This document shows, in pieces, positions 57,393 through 59,988 of a DNA stretch of 59,988 nucleotides; the first letter of the stretch is position 1, and each line of letters begins with the position of its first letter. The notes under the pieces were generated by a model. The model did not search any database, was not told the origin of the DNA, and was given only the letters and a program-made list of their open reading frames with translations. This DNA comes from a virus (taxonomy: Duplodnaviria > Caudoviricetes). Position numbers and translations under genes: made by a program. The DNA lies in IMG/VR virus record IMGVR_UViG_3300025276_003682, positions 1-59,988 of that record, one strand, 5' to 3'.

Positions 57393-59703
57393 TATGAATA
57401 TAGAAAAGAAATACTACACCGTCCAAGATACTGAGACGCTAAAACTAATGTACCAGCATATTGAAGATTCAGAAGTAATAGCAATAGATACTGAGACAAC
57501 TTCATTGAATATGAGGAAAGGTAAGATTGTGGGGTGGTCTATATCCGGAGCTGAAGGTACAGGTTTTTACCTACCTACTTTAGTTTGGAGTCATGAAGCT
57601 AATGAACTGGTAGTACAGGAAATAAACGGTCAAAGTACGGAGATAATTTCTAAGAACTTGCTTAAGATGTTAAAAGGTAAGAAACTTGTAATGCATAATG
57701 CTTCGTTTGACTGTAGATTTATTAAGAACTACTTTGGAATAGACTTACTAGAAGACTTATGGGTAGAGACTCTTTTACTAGTACATACAGTACAGGAAGA
57801 AGGTGCTGGTATGGGAGTATTCGGACTTAAAGCTCTTGCTATATCAATACAGGAACATATAGGATTAGATGTTGAGAAAGCCGCTAACGAAGAGCAAATA
57901 GAATTAAAAGGTTCTATAAAGAAAAATGGAGGAGAAGCTACTAAAACTAACTTTGAAATTTATAAAGCAGATCTTGATATACTTTCCAAATATGCATCTG
58001 CAGATACAGACTTAACTTTACGTCTATGTAATCACTTCCTAACAAAGCTTAAAGAAGAGAATTTAGAGAAGTTCTTTTTCGAAGATGAAGTAATGCCTAT
58101 ATACAAAGAAGTAACTATTCCTATGGAAAACTACGGAGTAGATTTAGATATGGACTTACTGCAAGAAACTCACGATAATATAGCAAAAGACTTAATAGAG
58201 AATAAGGATATAGTAAAAAAGAGCTTATTAGCAACTTCAGAAGCTAAGAAATGGGTTATGAATACTGCATTCGATAATTTTCCTCCCAACCATAAAGGTA
58301 GTTGGGCACAGAAGCTTGCTGAAAGGTACTCACTATGTCTACCTAAGTCTGAGAAAACAGGTAAGTATTCTCTTACTCAAAAGAATATCGAAGAATTAGA
58401 AGATAGTCCTGCAAAGCAGTTCCTACTAACAGGTGATAATTCAATACTTGAAGAACTAGAAATAGCTCGTATTTCTATGTCGCTATGGAAAGAGAAGAAC
58501 GATGGAGAATATATCAATATACAGTCTAAAAAGCACTTAGGTGAGATTGTATTTAACTACATGGGGATTAAGGCTAAGAGCAAGACAAGAAAAGGTCAAG
58601 CTCAGTTTGATATGGACATGTTAGAATCATTAGCAAAGACGTATGCCTGGGCTGAAAACTTAAGAATATATAATAAGTTACTTAAGATTAAATCTACATA
58701 TGTTGATAGGTTTATAGATAATAGCGAAGACGGTAGATACTATTTTTACTTTAAACAACACGGTACTGTATCAGGCCGTTACGGTTCGGATGCTCAACAG
58801 CTTCCTAAACCTAAAGAAGAAGGAGAAGATGCTCCGATTATTGTTAAGTATACTAATATTGTTAGAGCATTCTTAATTGCTGGAAAAGATAGAAAGGTAA
58901 TAGATTCGGATTATGAATCACTAGAACCTCACTGCTTTGCCTCAGTAACAGGAGATCTAAAATTACAGGAGATATTTAATAATGGCTGGGACTTTTATTC
59001 TACCGTAGCTATACAAACTGAAGAACTAAAAGGAGTATCTCCAGATAAAAAAGCTGACAACTACTTAAAGAAACTAGACCCAGTTAAACGTAATCAAGCT
59101 AAAGCATACTCTTTAGGTATTGCATACGGAATGGAGGCATATGCTTTGGGTATGACTTTGGGAATACCTACTAAAGAAGCAGAAAAATTAGTAGCAGGGT
59201 ATTTAGATGGCTTTCCTGATCTTAAAAAATGGAGAGAAGATTCTAGATTGCAAGTTAAAGCTCATGGGTATATTAAGAACTATGTAGGACGTATTAGACA
59301 CTTACCTAAGGTTACTAAAATCTATGAAAAATTTGGAGAAAGGATAATGGACTGGAGATTTAGAAACCAACTATCAGAACAGTACGGTAAGGACCAGGTA
59401 CTTCAAGTATACAGAGATTACAGAAACGGCTTGAACAACTGCTTAAACTTTCAACTTCAGTCTTTAGCAGCATCTGTAGTGAATAGAGCAGCACTTAAGA
59501 TTAACCGTAAGGCTAAGGAGATGAATATCGATGCAATTGTACAGGCACAGGTTCATGATCAACTTATAATTAATATTAGAGAAGATCAAGCGAAAGACTT
59601 TGCTCCTATAGTACAAGAGATAATGGAGAATAATCTAATACTACCTGGAGTTACGTTAAAAGCACCTCCTGAAATAGCTGATAATTGGAAAGAAGGGCAT
59701 TAA
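57385..59703 (+). CDS. polA: Family A DNA polymerase with 3'-5' exonuclease
   Basis: Exo motifs IDTETT, HNASFD and YASAD. Polymerase motifs GTVSGRY, DSDYESLEP, RNQAKAYSLGIAYG, NFQLQS.AA and QVHDQL. Confidence 0.95.
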   Translation: MNSMNIEKKYYTVQDTETLKLMYQHIEDSEVIAIDTETTSLNMRKGKIVGWSISGAEGTGFYLPTLVWSHEANELVVQEINGQSTEIISKNLLKMLKGKKLVMHNASFDCRFIKNYFGIDLLEDLWVETLLLVHTVQEEGAGMGVFGLKALAISIQEHIGLDVEKAANEEQIELKGSIKKNGGEATKTNFEIYKADLDILSKYASADTDLTLRLCNHFLTKLKEENLEKFFFEDEVMPIYKEVTIPMENYGVDLDMDLLQETHDNIAKDLIENKDIVKKSLLATSEAKKWVMNTAFDNFPPNHKGSWAQKLAERYSLCLPKSEKTGKYSLTQKNIEELEDSPAKQFLLTGDNSILEELEIARISMSLWKEKNDGEYINIQSKKHLGEIVFNYMGIKAKSKTRKGQAQFDMDMLESLAKTYAWAENLRIYNKLLKIKSTYVDRFIDNSEDGRYYFYFKQHGTVSGRYGSDAQQLPKPKEEGEDAPIIVKYTNIVRAFLIAGKDRKVIDSDYESLEPHCFASVTGDLKLQEIFNNGWDFYSTVAIQTEELKGVSPDKKADNYLKKLDPVKRNQAKAYSLGIAYGMEAYALGMTLGIPTKEAEKLVAGYLDGFPDLKKWREDSRLQVKAHGYIKNYVGRIRHLPKVTKIYEKFGERIMDWRFRNQLSEQYGKDQVLQVYRDYRNGLNNCLNFQLQSLAASVVNRAALKINRKAKEMNIDAIVQAQVHDQLIINIREDQAKDFAPIVQEIMENNLILPGVTLKAPPEIADNWKEGH

Positions 59704-59800
59704 AAACTAAAGCTAACCTATTTATAATAAAGAAAATTGACCCTAGAGCGATTTTATTCTTTAACAACCAGAGAGCTTCGGCCTCACAAAACCAAATGAT

Positions 59801-59988
59801 ATGAGTACATTATTCAATGAACGCACACCGTTCGACTTACTATTCCGTAATCTTTTCAAGACAGACGGAGTTTTCCAACCAACAACGTTCGAAAACAAAC
59901 AACCACACCCACTAGATATTTTTTATGACGATGAAGGACTTCATTTTGAAGTTGCCTGTACTGGTCTAACTAAAAAAGACATCCAACT
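59801..59988 (+). CDS. Small heat-shock protein Hsp20 (3' truncated by the window edge; not in the ORF track)
   Basis: MSTLFNERTPFDLLFRNLF...HPLDIFYDDEGLHFEVACTGLTKKDIQ matches the start of an alpha-crystallin domain. Confidence 0.8.
   Translation, partial: MSTLFNERTPFDLLFRNLFKTDGVFQPTTFENKQPHPLDIFYDDEGLHFEVACTGLTKKDIQ

Noticed and set aside
809-57505. Minus-strand and nested alternative-frame ORFs in the track (for example 15177..15620, 25161..25616, 28100..28534, 52844..53200)
   Set aside because: They lie within or largely overlap long, motif-supported + strand genes and read as codon-bias shadows with no recognisable motifs.
38524-59703. Inteins or group I introns in RecA, helicase, RNR or PolA
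   Set aside because: Protein lengths and motif spacing are normal, with no splice motifs or homing endonuclease seen.
1-59988. tRNA or rRNA genes
   Set aside because: Intergenic gaps are short and AT-rich, and no cloverleaf or T-loop consensus was seen by eye.

Overview
An AT-rich 60-kb segment of a large contractile-tailed (myovirus-type) dsDNA phage, with every credible gene on the + strand. The host is probably Bacteroidota/Flavobacteriia, judged from A-rich start contexts without Shine-Dalgarno sequences, TTG-N19/20-TATATT promoters and a class Id-type RNR. 1-20.8 kb: fibre, lectin and adhesin genes plus a GAMT/RMT2-like methyltransferase. 20.9-35.8 kb: tail sheath, tube, chaperone with a probable +1 frameshift, tape measure and baseplate. 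35.9-45.6 kb: replication module (short PolA-like protein, gp32-like SSB, RecA/UvsX, 5'-3' exonuclease, DnaB, RNR, resolvase, thioredoxin). 46.4-59.7 kb: a complete 7-deazaguanine DNA-modification island (folE, queD, queE, queC, queF, TGT-fold DpdA-like protein, PurN-like formyltransferase, PRTase, NTP pyrophosphatase, kinase) ending in a second, full-length PolA, followed by a truncated Hsp20. The most striking unannotated signal is two compact preQ1-I riboswitch-like aptamers in the leaders of the queD/queE and folE operons, suggesting the phage feedback-controls synthesis of its own modified base. All family calls come from motif recognition by eye, not database searches.
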